64,000 nucleotides of DNA from a virus. The position numbers were made by a program, and so were the translations under genes. Below, piece by piece: positions 18,841 to 29,167 of the stretch; position 1 is the stretch's first letter; every line of letters begins with the position of its first letter. Below the pieces are notes generated by a model. It did not search any database and was not told the DNA's origin. It saw nothing but the letters and a program-made list of their open reading frames with translations. Location: the IMG/VR virus record IMGVR_UViG_3300021356_000002. The stretch is one strand, 5' to 3'.

Positions 18841-21800
18841 TCAAGCTGGATTCACGTCAATATCAGTTCCAACATACTCAAGTTCTGAGAAGTACGCAAT
18901 ACTTTGAGTGTCGGTGTTTGTCGGATCAGCATCATCAGTTATTGTAAACGATACAAGCATACTCGCTAAACGACTAGTCGGTTGACGTGCAGATGCAATG
19001 AGATCAAATTGTTGAGTACTAGACAGTGATAAGTTTGTTCCGTAACTTCCCACTGCTACACCACCATCGCTTGGAACTCCAGCGCCTTGAATTGTTGCTG
19101 TAATCGTAAAGTTACCAGTCGTTGTCGCCGCTTGATGCCACGTCCCAAGTTTAATGTATTGATCTGGAAGTGGTGTTCCTGGAATAACATTACCTTCACC
19201 GTAGATGCCACCATCAGAACGGAACTGCAATCCAGACACCGCGGTGTTAAGTATCTCATTAGTGTATGCTTTTATGGTCTGTACAGCCCACGTAGTGAAG
19301 GCAGGTTCAAGCTGGAAGTTTACAACAGATTCGTTGCCACCAACAGTGGTATCAGTGATTGTAAATCCTACACTTGCTACTGGAGATGCTGGGCGCGCTT
19401 GATCGTATACAGCCATCGTATACGTGTCATCAATCGTATCATCGTTCGTAGCTGTGACAGTAGTGAATCCACCAACGTTATTGGTCATGGTAAATGTTCT
19501 TTCAGAGCCTGCATCGAAATCTGCTACAGTTTCAGAACTGCCAAACACTAGTCTTGTGTTCTGAACATTTGCTGTTAAGTTTTCACTCATATTAATTTGA
19601 TAGTACAGTATAGAATCACCTAGTGTTACTGCAAATTTACCAGTAACAGTTCCTGGTACATTCGCGTCATTGACGCAAACACTGCCGTTCGGAATATTAA
19701 GGGCTTCTGGATCACTCGTTCTAATTGCAGACTGACCTGAACCAGAGCCACTGCCATCTGTCACAACTACATCGTAGTCTGTGAGATTTGCATAGTACGT
19801 TCCATTAGGAATATTTGTGCCACCAACAGTCCACGTAATTGTATCGCCTTCATCTACAGTTGTGCTAGGTGAAGCGGTAAGCGTCCACGTAGCGGGCGCA
19901 TCTAGTACAGAGAACGTCATTGTGTCAAGCACGTCACCACCGTTACTTGCAAAATCGTTTCGTGATAGATACGCTACACCAAATTGCTCGCCTTCGTATG
20001 TGCCATCAAATATTGGTCTGTTAAAGTCTGCACCACCTTGTGTCGTGAACAAAGTTTTTAACACTTGAGATGCTGGATCAGTTTCAGCAAACGGAACATA
20101 TATCTGTGCGTTGTTTATCCATTTGCTAGACCAAGGACTACCGAGAGCATCTGACTTTTGCAATTCAAAATACAAGTTTTCGTCAACTGCCGCATTCGTC
20201 GTAAAGTTTAATACAAGACTCTCAGTACCTTCTGTAACAGCACTATCACGCACTCCTTCTTGCTCAACAACATACAGGTTATAATCAGTTGCACTAGCAT
20301 CTAGAATTCTTACAGATGCGGACTGAGCGAGTGTTACACCTGAACTGTTCTTAACAATTGCCCAGAAATCTTGTTCGTCTGAATCTTCGTCTTGACCATC
20401 ATCACGAATTAGCAACGAGAACGTTCCTGTTCCACCAGAAACTACCATTCCATTTCCTGTTGATGCTTCATCTCCGTATGGCAATTGCGAAGCGGAATAC
20501 AGTCCTACATTTGTAGGCTCATCGACATCCCACTCGCCTGTGGTGGGATTTAGTTTACCAAAGTCATTTGGCGTTAAGCCTCGTAATCCATCAAAAGTTA
20601 AGAAAGTGTCGAACGTTTGTACTTGCCAATCGAATATTCCATCAGCGCCAGTCGTTGTAAATGTAAACGTTAAAGTCTCACCTTCTGGAACACGTGTTTT
20701 GTTCGGAGTAAGAGTGTAAGTAGCCGCGGCTCCACCACGAATCTGATTTAATGAAGAAACAAGCGGATCGAACACTACAGGATCTGAATGAAGATACGCA
20801 TAAAAAGATTCGTCAGCAGTTTCGGAACTGTCAGCAAAAGCAAGAGATGAACTTGTTCCACTATTGTTTGTTACCGTAATTGAAGCACGTGAGTTTAATC
20901 CTTGTCCAGGAGCTCCTCCATTGCCGGCATACGTTAAGAAATCTAAATTATTTGTGCCGACATTGCCAATCTGAAGATAATAAGTGCCGTCAGCAATGTT
21001 GCTTCCAGACACATCGAATGTAACAGTATCACCTTCATTCGCGGTTGTAGGATTCATCGTAAGATTGTAAATTGGATTTTGATCGAACACGTTGAAACCA
21101 GAAGATGTTGCTACGAGAGCAGGACTGTACTTACTATTTGTAACTTGAAGGAATCCTCCAGTTACACCTCGTCGAATAGTATCAGCCCGAACTTGAATGC
21201 TAAAAGTAGTTGAAGTGCCTGAGTTAAGTGTAAATGATCCAGAAGTTGCAAGCGGACGTGGATCACTAGCTAAAGCGCCAGTAAATTGCCATGTGACTGT
21301 ATCGCCACCATCTTGCGAACTATGATTGATTGTAAATGAAAGAGTATCACCTTCAGTATAGCTCGCCGCGCTCGGTGTAACAGTGAACGTAGCCGCCGTG
21401 TTGTTAATCGCAACAGTTACAGAGTCTTTCTTAATTCCTTCGAACGTCTGAAGTATCACAGCGAAATGTTCTGTGCTTTCTGATACCGTGTCGCCACGAA
21501 TCGGAATAATAATATCACCATCTGAGTAAGACAGGACGTTAGGAGGAGTTGAAGCACCAAGAGTAGGTCTAATATTTACAGGTTGTGGATTATTTGAGTC
21601 GGGCAACGGCGTGACAAAATCAGAGTCAGTTGTCGAAATATGTTTGCCGTACCAGTACAGTGTTGTGCTATTCCACGCTTTTGTGTTAGGGTTACCATTA
21701 TAAAGTGAACCTGAACCATGCGATGCAACAATCAAAAGATCATCACCTTCATCAATAGGATCAAATGGAATCAACTGATATTCTGTAATTACATCATTCA

Positions 21801-22920
21801 ACACTACGCGATCAGACGCAATGGTTCTTTCACCAACATCTTCAACGAATACAGTAAACGCTTCTTGTCCTTCGGTTTCAACACTATCAATGCCTGTTGG
21901 TATTGTAAAGTAACCAAACGCAGGTCCTAACGGACTGTCTTGCTGTAACTGCAAAAATGCTTTACTGCTTCTAAGAGGCACTTCGTACGGTGGCGTATAG
22001 TTGAACGCACCCGCTGAATCGAAATTGTAGAAATCATCTGTTGACGTATCGCTCGCAAGATCGCCACCAGCAGGATCAACGAAATAACGAACCGTTCCTG
22101 TGCCAGCTGGAATGTTCGTGCCGCTAATCTTGTATCTAAAGATTGTTCCTTCTGGAACACTGTCGATATTGCCTGTCAGCGTATTGTATACAGGATCACC
22201 GATGTAGCCTTCACGATAACGTCCCGCACTATCAAGAAAACGAGTTAACTCCCAAACAGGAGAAGGTCGTTGACTTACAGCAGAGTCTTGCATGACAGCG
22301 TTAATTGCTGGAGTAATCACATCGTCAATCGACACTTCAGCGCCGAGATACATGCCTGCTGGATGAGCAAACAGTTTGAAAATATCACGCCATTTCGAAA
22401 TGGGCACGCCGACTCGTATCAACAGAGCGAACGTCTGATACAATTTGTCGTTGGTCAGATATCTCAGTGAATCAGGACCGATTTGCGAAGAGGTGTTGTT
22501 TAATGTGAAAACGTTTTCTTTTGGATAAATTACGTCTGCGTCGAGACCATAGAATGATCTAAAGAACCACTCGATAGCAAACTTGGTACCCTTTGATCTG
22601 AACAGCGTATTCGAAAAGTTAGCCGCCGCTCTTTTCTCAAAGTCTTCTGTGCCGAAGCCTTCGAAGTATGCTTCACCCAAAAGAAACTCGTCCTCAATAA
22701 ACGAGAGAAGAGTGATGTCAGTTTCGTTAATATCACGGACAGCAAAGAGATGATTTAACAACTCATTCGGATCGTTCTGATCTTGCCACTCATAATAATT
22801 TTTTAATAGGTCGATGAACTTAGGATAGAACTGAGCAAAATGTTCAGGCAATACGTTCTCGACCTGCATTTCACGCAGATTAAGTAGTCTTCTTCTTTTA
22901 TCTAAAAATCCATTATGCAT
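18841..22920 (-). CDS. baseplate wedge initiator-like protein (gp7-type N-terminus) with tandem Calx-beta/Ig-like domains
   Basis: N-terminal LPEHF..YPKFIDLLKNYYEW...FRSKGTKFAIEWFFRSFYG...HPAG resembles marine gp7. Then repeated TxxEGDTxTFxV...D..EG.E.F domains. Confidence 0.7.
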   Translation of the reverse strand: MHNGFLDKRRRLLNLREMQVENVLPEHFAQFYPKFIDLLKNYYEWQDQNDPNELLNHLFAVRDINETDITLLSFIEDEFLLGEAYFEGFGTEDFEKRAAANFSNTLFRSKGTKFAIEWFFRSFYGLDADVIYPKENVFTLNNTSSQIGPDSLRYLTNDKLYQTFALLIRVGVPISKWRDIFKLFAHPAGMYLGAEVSIDDVITPAINAVMQDSAVSQRPSPVWELTRFLDSAGRYREGYIGDPVYNTLTGNIDSVPEGTIFRYKISGTNIPAGTGTVRYFVDPAGGDLASDTSTDDFYNFDSAGAFNYTPPYEVPLRSSKAFLQLQQDSPLGPAFGYFTIPTGIDSVETEGQEAFTVFVEDVGERTIASDRVVLNDVITEYQLIPFDPIDEGDDLLIVASHGSGSLYNGNPNTKAWNSTTLYWYGKHISTTDSDFVTPLPDSNNPQPVNIRPTLGASTPPNVLSYSDGDIIIPIRGDTVSESTEHFAVILQTFEGIKKDSVTVAINNTAATFTVTPSAASYTEGDTLSFTINHSSQDGGDTVTWQFTGALASDPRPLATSGSFTLNSGTSTTFSIQVRADTIRRGVTGGFLQVTNSKYSPALVATSSGFNVFDQNPIYNLTMNPTTANEGDTVTFDVSGSNIADGTYYLQIGNVGTNNLDFLTYAGNGGAPGQGLNSRASITVTNNSGTSSSLAFADSSETADESFYAYLHSDPVVFDPLVSSLNQIRGGAAATYTLTPNKTRVPEGETLTFTFTTTGADGIFDWQVQTFDTFLTFDGLRGLTPNDFGKLNPTTGEWDVDEPTNVGLYSASQLPYGDEASTGNGMVVSGGTGTFSLLIRDDGQDEDSDEQDFWAIVKNSSGVTLAQSASVRILDASATDYNLYVVEQEGVRDSAVTEGTESLVLNFTTNAAVDENLYFELQKSDALGSPWSSKWINNAQIYVPFAETDPASQVLKTLFTTQGGADFNRPIFDGTYEGEQFGVAYLSRNDFASNGGDVLDTMTFSVLDAPATWTLTASPSTTVDEGDTITWTVGGTNIPNGTYYANLTDYDVVVTDGSGSGSGQSAIRTSDPEALNIPNGSVCVNDANVPGTVTGKFAVTLGDSILYYQINMSENLTANVQNTRLVFGSSETVADFDAGSERTFTMTNNVGGFTTVTATNDDTIDDTYTMAVYDQARPASPVASVGFTITDTTVGGNESVVNFQLEPAFTTWAVQTIKAYTNEILNTAVSGLQFRSDGGIYGEGNVIPGTPLPDQYIKLGTWHQAATTTGNFTITATIQGAGVPSDGGVAVGSYGTNLSLSSTQQFDLIASARQPTSRLASMLVSFTITDDADPTNTDTQSIAYFSELEYVGTDIDVNPA

Positions 22921-25900
22921 TTAACTGTAAGCACCTGTGAAAGTCGATGTGAACGTGCCGATGTATCCTTCTAGACTAATACCGGCATAATCACCCACAT
23001 AGCTTGTAGCCCCGGCAGATACAATATTTATAGTGCCTACCATTCCGCTATGGAATTGACAGATATAGTACAACGTGCTTGGCGCTGAAGAGTCTACTGC
23101 AAACGTCAACGTACCTGTTTGTGCACCATTGTTAGTCACACCAGTATTGAACTGATCACCAGTTCCAGTATTTGGTGCTGTCTTAATCCAGAACGGATGA
23201 CCGCTTACGCTTAAGTTGAATGTGTATGTGGTGCCTCTTTCAAGTGTCAACGTTGGATTCGACGCACTATCAATAATGTAGTTAGAAGCACCATTGTTGG
23301 TTACGTTCATCGAAGTGTTCGATCCGCCAACATAAGTTGCACCTGCATAAGTTGCACCGGTATAGTTGCCTACGTAAGTCTGAACAAAGGTGCCTATGTA
23401 GTCTCCCGCATATATGTTAGGCGAACCTTCACCCACAAATTCATCAGTAAATGAAGTTGCATATTCTCCAATGTAACTGACTGTGTAAGTTTGATTATAG
23501 CTTCCCGCCCCACCGCTGAGATATGATGGTACATAAGATCCAAGATAAGTCGTTTGTATAATATCTCCGCCACCACTATCGATAGATTGATAATCGGCAA
23601 CGTAGGCAAGTGGCGCACCTCCTACGTAGGTCGCGGCACTGTCGCCCGTATAGGAAAGTACTTCATAATTAGTTAGATAAGAGCCATCGTAAGCGCCTAA
23701 ATAGATAGAGGCATATAATTCAGTTCCAGCTTTCACATAGGATGTCTCATATGTTACCTCGCCACTGTAATCTGCTTGCAGGCCTGGAAACTCAGGATCT
23801 GGCGGGTCCAATGGACCCTCGTAATTCAAAGTTGTGGTGTAACCTGCCAAATAATCTTGCGTATATGTACTCGACGCAGAATCAACATACACAGCCGCGA
23901 AAGCGCCGGTGTAAGAACCATCATAAGCAGTAGTGTATGATGTTTCACCGCTAATGTAGTTACTGAGATATGATGTTAGAGTACCGGAGTCAGCGGTCTC
24001 TGATATGTAAGCGCCTACATATGGCGCGGCCGTAAACGCTGTTCCTGCACTATCACCGCCAGTGTATCCAGATACGTAATCGCCAATATAATTTCCTGCA
24101 TATGCGGCTATGAAGTCACCTATATACCCACCGAGATATGCTGGCGAATAGTCTAGACCACTGCTGTCGTTGATATATGTTTCAACGGTTGTATAATCAG
24201 CGGCGCCAGTGTATGTCAGCAATGCTTCAGCAGGCGCTTCAATAGGCGGTGCTGAAGGATAAAGCACGTCTCCTATGCTTCTTCTTGTTTTAACAACTCT
24301 AGTTCTTGGCCAAATTAAACCTGAAGTTGGTCTTTCTTTGTCATTAACTTTTGGAACTGTAACACCCGATACGTATCGCTCTTCTTTGTAGCGAAGATAA
24401 TAGTTAGGCGTGTTTTTTAAATCCGTTGTCAGTGCTTGCAAAGCTGGATAACTATAAGTGGTAACATCACCCCAGTCCAGAGATGAATCAAACATTATGT
24501 CTTTAAAAGCATTACCTTGAAGATACGCTTTTGCTTCGGCTTGCGTTAAATCAGGATTGTTTTGCAAAGCACAAGCGAGTGCACCTGTGACTTGTGGTGA
24601 CGCCATGCTTGTACCGCTAATCTTGGCTAGCCAAGCACTTCCTATTGCTCGGTCGTCGCCGATAGTATCATCGTAAATGCCATCAAAACGAACCGAACTC
24701 ATAATTTCGTTGCCGGGTGCAAAAATGTCTGTCCGCGGACCAAAACTACTTGAAAAGTCTCTCTGATTGTTTGAGTAAATTGATGCATTACCCACACAGA
24801 TAGATGCGATACCAGGCGGTGAACCTCGATGATAAAAGACCGCAGAGTCTCCGCCCTGATAGTATGCGCGTACACCGCCTAAAGTCTTGTCTTTAAGATA
24901 GTATTTGTTATTATAATCTGGTCCATTTTCAGAGTCTAGATATTGACTATTGTTACCAGCAGAAGACACCACAATGATGCCATCTTCAATACAATCCAAA
25001 GTCTGCTGTTTCGGCGATTCGAACATCCAACTAACATTCGATGTACGTGCGTCAGGAATTCCTGCTCTGTCATTTAGCGATAGCCCAGCATCACGAAAAG
25101 CGCGTGTGAGTGCCCAGTAAGCGGGCAAGCCAAGGTTATATACTTGCGCGTCTGTAAAAGGTGCGCTATACTCTGTGCCGCGATATACAATTCTTTCAAT
25201 CTCATTCGAATAGTCTGAAATTGTACCGCCATAACTACCATAGTTATAGCCCCAACTGTTGTTGATGATTGTGGGATTTTTGCGACCAGTTTCTGGATTA
25301 ACTGCCTTGTTTCTGTGAAATGCACGTACGTAATCTAACACATAACTAGAACTGATACCAGTTGATGACCAGTTGTAATTAGTACTATAAGGACTGATCG
25401 AATAAAGATTGGCTTTTCTTGCCCAGCCTTGTCTATTACCGGCAACAGTACCCATCACGTGTGTACCGTGATTGTTATTCGACGAATCACCTAAGACATT
25501 TGTAGTGTAGTCGTAAGTACCGTTAGAATAAGTGCCGCCAGTAACTGAGTCAGTATGCTGAAACCAGTTATATTGAATAATTCGCGATCCACCAGAACCA
25601 TCAGTATTGACAGCAAATTCTGGATGATCGAGGCTGGGAATACCATCAACGACAACGACATCAACGTTAACGCCTTCTGCATTAAGTGTTACTGTGCCTG
25701 AGTCAGCATACGTGGCTGTACTAGTAAAATTAGATAGAGGAACACCAGAACTTGACGTTACTGACTGACTTTGCGTAGATTGCCATAAGCCCCAGTTTCT
25801 TTGAGTAAAAGAAGCGGCGCTTCGATCTTTTCGCCAGTATGAACTGGTTTGTTCCCAATGAGGCTCGGCAACAATGTTATGTTGCTCAAGTGCAGGCTCA

Positions 25901-26109
25901 ACAACTCTAACGCGAGGGTCTTGTCTTACTTCTTCTGCTTCTTCGTCTGTTAACCGATATGCGGTAACTTTACTGAAAGGAAGCCTTGCTTCGTAATCAA
26001 CCGCGCGATCTGGTATGTGAAGATAGCCACCGGGCGTCTCCATGTCCGCATAGAATGCATCCAGATCCTCTGTACGATGCAATATGACGTGATAGACTTT
26101 CAATGTCAT
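22921..26109 (-). CDS. subtilisin-family (S8) protease fused to YxG repeats and a cupredoxin-like domain
   Basis: Triad DVVVVDG / HGTHVMGTVAG / GTSMASPQVTG, oxyanion SAGN. C-terminal GHPFWI...YYICQFHSGM. Confidence 0.88.
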   Translation of the reverse strand: MTLKVYHVILHRTEDLDAFYADMETPGGYLHIPDRAVDYEARLPFSKVTAYRLTDEEAEEVRQDPRVRVVEPALEQHNIVAEPHWEQTSSYWRKDRSAASFTQRNWGLWQSTQSQSVTSSSGVPLSNFTSTATYADSGTVTLNAEGVNVDVVVVDGIPSLDHPEFAVNTDGSGGSRIIQYNWFQHTDSVTGGTYSNGTYDYTTNVLGDSSNNNHGTHVMGTVAGNRQGWARKANLYSISPYSTNYNWSSTGISSSYVLDYVRAFHRNKAVNPETGRKNPTIINNSWGYNYGSYGGTISDYSNEIERIVYRGTEYSAPFTDAQVYNLGLPAYWALTRAFRDAGLSLNDRAGIPDARTSNVSWMFESPKQQTLDCIEDGIIVVSSAGNNSQYLDSENGPDYNNKYYLKDKTLGGVRAYYQGGDSAVFYHRGSPPGIASICVGNASIYSNNQRDFSSSFGPRTDIFAPGNEIMSSVRFDGIYDDTIGDDRAIGSAWLAKISGTSMASPQVTGALACALQNNPDLTQAEAKAYLQGNAFKDIMFDSSLDWGDVTTYSYPALQALTTDLKNTPNYYLRYKEERYVSGVTVPKVNDKERPTSGLIWPRTRVVKTRRSIGDVLYPSAPPIEAPAEALLTYTGAADYTTVETYINDSSGLDYSPAYLGGYIGDFIAAYAGNYIGDYVSGYTGGDSAGTAFTAAPYVGAYISETADSGTLTSYLSNYISGETSYTTAYDGSYTGAFAAVYVDSASSTYTQDYLAGYTTTLNYEGPLDPPDPEFPGLQADYSGEVTYETSYVKAGTELYASIYLGAYDGSYLTNYEVLSYTGDSAATYVGGAPLAYVADYQSIDSGGGDIIQTTYLGSYVPSYLSGGAGSYNQTYTVSYIGEYATSFTDEFVGEGSPNIYAGDYIGTFVQTYVGNYTGATYAGATYVGGSNTSMNVTNNGASNYIIDSASNPTLTLERGTTYTFNLSVSGHPFWIKTAPNTGTGDQFNTGVTNNGAQTGTLTFAVDSSAPSTLYYICQFHSGMVGTINIVSAGATSYVGDYAGISLEGYIGTFTSTFTGAYS

Positions 26110-26116
26110 ACTTCAT

Positions 26117-27640
26117 TTAGCCTTCAAGTTGTAGTGCCGTAAGTGTAACGTCGACCGCAGTTGTTCCTCCACTTAGATTTACGACCTTGATGGGAATAGT
26201 GTCTGTGACAGGAGATGAATTATTGAAACCCGTAGGAGCAGGAGCCAAGTTGATTGTTTCCGCACCCGATGTAATTACTTCAGTCACAACACCAGAACCT
26301 GGCGTTGGATCTTCTGATTGAAGACGACCAAGATCAGCAGTGCGTGAAGCCGAGTCAGTATAAACTCTAACCCATGCCGCAACGTCTGTTTCTATCTTGA
26401 ACAGAGAATAGCCTTTAAATGCGCCAGTGATGTTTACATCTACTGAGTCGCCATCACTTAACGAAGTAGTAACAGTATTGAACGTGTCGCGTGATTGAAG
26501 ACCAGTAGGTTTAGGAACTGTTACCCAGCCCGCACCGTTGTAAGTTATGATATCATTGAATGCGGCAAGACTTGTGTTAACATCAGTCAGATCATTTAAC
26601 GCAACAGATCCACCAGCACCAACAGAGTCAGCCGCATTTACCCAGTTAGCCCCATTATACTTTAGAACTTGATTTACAGAAGGCGCTGAAATTGTTACGT
26701 CTGTCAAATCGTTGAGTGCACCCGAAGCACCGCCAACAGAGTCAGCGGCATTTACCCACTGTGAACCGTTATATTTAATAACTTGATTCGTTGTTGGCGC
26801 AGTGATTGCTACACCAGAAAGCGTGTTTAAATTTACAGATGAACTGACAAGTTGCAACGTCAACGCACTGTCAAGCCCACCGCCGCCACCGCCGCCACCT
26901 GATCCACCAGAATCATTAGCATTAGCCCACTTAGTTCCGTTCCACTTAAGAACTTGTCCAACCGTAAGAGGATTTGCAGAAAGTGCAGAGTCGATAAAGA
27001 TGTCATCCAACTCATAAAGATTAGTTGGACCGGCTGAGTCAGTTGCGTTTACCCAATAAGCACCGTTGTACTTAAGAATTTGTCCGTCAGACAAACTAGA
27101 AATCAAAACATCATCGAGTTCTACAAGATTTTCTTTACCCGCAGAATCTACGCCGTTAATCCAGTTTGAGCCATCATACTTAAGTACTTCACCGTTAAGT
27201 GGCGTGACGATACTAACATCTGTCAACGCATTAAGCGTAACTGGTAGCGTAGCAGAGTCGTAAAGGTCTTGCAAGAAATAATCAAGATAATCGATAACAG
27301 CCGCCGCAGTAGGCAACGCGCCGTTACTATCGTGATTCTCAATACCTGTGCCAATAAATCGAAGTGCAGTGATGCCACCAGTAACGTCAGTCAATGAACC
27401 AAACGAGACATCGCCCGTTGCATCGATGTCACCACCAACGATTAGATCGTTGTTAACTTTTAAGTCTTGCTTTGCAACTGCGTTGTTGGCTGAGTCAAAA
27501 ACGTTTCGTGTAATGCCTACAAGAAAACGATCACGTGTAATCTTTTTAGTGGTAGCCGCAGTAATATCATTGATCACAAGAACGTCACTGTCTTGAACGT
27601 TGATCAATTCCTGTAATTCTGAGATTCTAATATCTGCCAT
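26117..27640 (-). CDS. tail/neck fibre-like protein with ~6 LNDLTDV...QVLKYNGxxWVN repeats
   Basis: Internal repeats visible; N-terminal ISEL...D.LVI.D...TKKI module shared with three neighbours. Confidence 0.7.
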   Translation of the reverse strand: MADIRISELQELINVQDSDVLVINDITAATTKKITRDRFLVGITRNVFDSANNAVAKQDLKVNNDLIVGGDIDATGDVSFGSLTDVTGGITALRFIGTGIENHDSNGALPTAAAVIDYLDYFLQDLYDSATLPVTLNALTDVSIVTPLNGEVLKYDGSNWINGVDSAGKENLVELDDVLISSLSDGQILKYNGAYWVNATDSAGPTNLYELDDIFIDSALSANPLTVGQVLKWNGTKWANANDSGGSGGGGGGGGLDSALTLQLVSSSVNLNTLSGVAITAPTTNQVIKYNGSQWVNAADSVGGASGALNDLTDVTISAPSVNQVLKYNGANWVNAADSVGAGGSVALNDLTDVNTSLAAFNDIITYNGAGWVTVPKPTGLQSRDTFNTVTTSLSDGDSVDVNITGAFKGYSLFKIETDVAAWVRVYTDSASRTADLGRLQSEDPTPGSGVVTEVITSGAETINLAPAPTGFNNSSPVTDTIPIKVVNLSGGTTAVDVTLTALQLEG

Positions 27641-27670
27641 TTTATTTCCTCAATACTTTGCGGCTGTCAC

Positions 27671-27678
27671 TATTTATA
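27671..27678 (-). promoter_or_regulatory. T4 late promoter TATAAATA
   Basis: Exact match overlapping the upstream stop codon. Confidence 0.75.
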
Positions 27679-29164
27679 TCGTCGCACTTTGAGTCAGTGA
27701 GCCTGTAATGGCTAGATCACCATTCTCAGAAAGACTCATCTGCTTAGTGCCATTATGAGCGAACGTTAAATTACCAGCACTCTCATAAACTTCCCACTCA
27801 CCTGTATCGAAGATTGTAGCAGAAAGTCTGCCTCTCAATGGGTTATAGGTAAGATTCGTGTTTACGTTTACGTTATCGTTACCAGAAGTTGTACTACCAA
27901 TGTGTACGTAATATTGCGCACTATCACCAACAGTTGTTATGGCAACGTTTTCTGCGTTCGTTGCATCAATCGCAGTGACGTTAGTTAAGTTCGAACCATC
28001 ACCCGAGAATGAGTTTGCGCTGAGTGTAAATGTTGAGGGATCATATGTAAGAAGTGCAGTAGTACTTACACTATCGTAACCTAGCTCTGTTGTACGCAAC
28101 ATGACATAGTGTTTGCCCGCAGAGTCAATAGCCTTCGCGTCTGTTTGTTCTGTCGAAGTTGCAACTGCTGTACTTGTAATGTTCGTTAAGCCAGAACCAT
28201 TTCCGTAGAAAATACCACCAACACTTCGAATGTCGCCCTGTACAATCAGGTCACTATCTACTTTTAAATCACCTAGTGCCCTTGATCCACGAGTTGGATA
28301 AACTGTTCCGCCAGAATCGATAAAGTTGCCTAAACGTCTCGCTTCTTCTGCTATTTCAGCCAAGACTGCATTTGATGCATTGATTGCACTGTCAGCAGTG
28401 ATTGCGTTTTCTGCTGTTAGTGCAGTATTTGCAAACGTAGCATTGACAGCACTATCCGCAGTTTCAGCATTACCAGCAGTTGTTGCAAAATTAGCGTTAG
28501 TTGCAAAGTCTGCACTATCTGCATCGATAGCACGAAGTGCTGTCAAAGCGGTATTTGCTAAAGTCGCGTTAACTGCACTGTCTGCTTCGGTTGCTCGGTC
28601 GGCAGTAATTGCTGAAGTTGCTCTATTCGCACTGTCAGCACCAAATGCAAAGTTTGCAGTTGTTGCAAACACAGCATTGGTCGCGTTTGTTGCACTGTCT
28701 GCTCGCTCGGCTGAAATTGCTTGGGTTGCAAAGTCGGCACTGTCAGCAGTTGTAGCCGCATTCGCAAATAATGCTCGCTCGGCTTCAATAGCAGTGGTCG
28801 CTCTTGCGGCACTGTCAGCGAGTACGCCTGTTAATCCAGCGCCATTACCAACAAAGAATCCAGCGGTAAGTGTATTCGTAAGAGCGTTGTAGAATAAATC
28901 GGTGTCTACTTTTGCTGAGTCTGCCGCCGGCGTGCCAGGTGCGTTAGGAAACAAGGCTGGATAAAACGTGACATCCGCGTCTGTCGCTTCGATTAAAAGT
29001 TTGTCAGCAGTGCCAGCAGAAGCCGCCGCACTTGCTGGCTCAAGCAAATTTTCAACAGTGATAAACTTAGTAGAATTTGTATCAAGATCGACAATGACGA
29101 GAACGTCATCATCGGCAGGCGCCTGTGCTAATTCTTCTAACTCTGTAATCTTTACGCCTGGCAT
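27674..29164 (-). CDS. fibre-like virion protein with ADSA/ATNA repeats
   Basis: Ala-rich tripeptide repeats, GNGSGLT/GDGSNLT fibre motifs, shared N-terminal module. Confidence 0.7.
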   Translation of the reverse strand: MPGVKITELEELAQAPADDDVLVIVDLDTNSTKFITVENLLEPASAAASAGTADKLLIEATDADVTFYPALFPNAPGTPAADSAKVDTDLFYNALTNTLTAGFFVGNGAGLTGVLADSAARATTAIEAERALFANAATTADSADFATQAISAERADSATNATNAVFATTANFAFGADSANRATSAITADRATEADSAVNATLANTALTALRAIDADSADFATNANFATTAGNAETADSAVNATFANTALTAENAITADSAINASNAVLAEIAEEARRLGNFIDSGGTVYPTRGSRALGDLKVDSDLIVQGDIRSVGGIFYGNGSGLTNITSTAVATSTEQTDAKAIDSAGKHYVMLRTTELGYDSVSTTALLTYDPSTFTLSANSFSGDGSNLTNVTAIDATNAENVAITTVGDSAQYYVHIGSTTSGNDNVNVNTNLTYNPLRGRLSATIFDTGEWEVYESAGNLTFAHNGTKQMSLSENGDLAITGSLTQSATI

Positions 29165-29167
29165 TGT

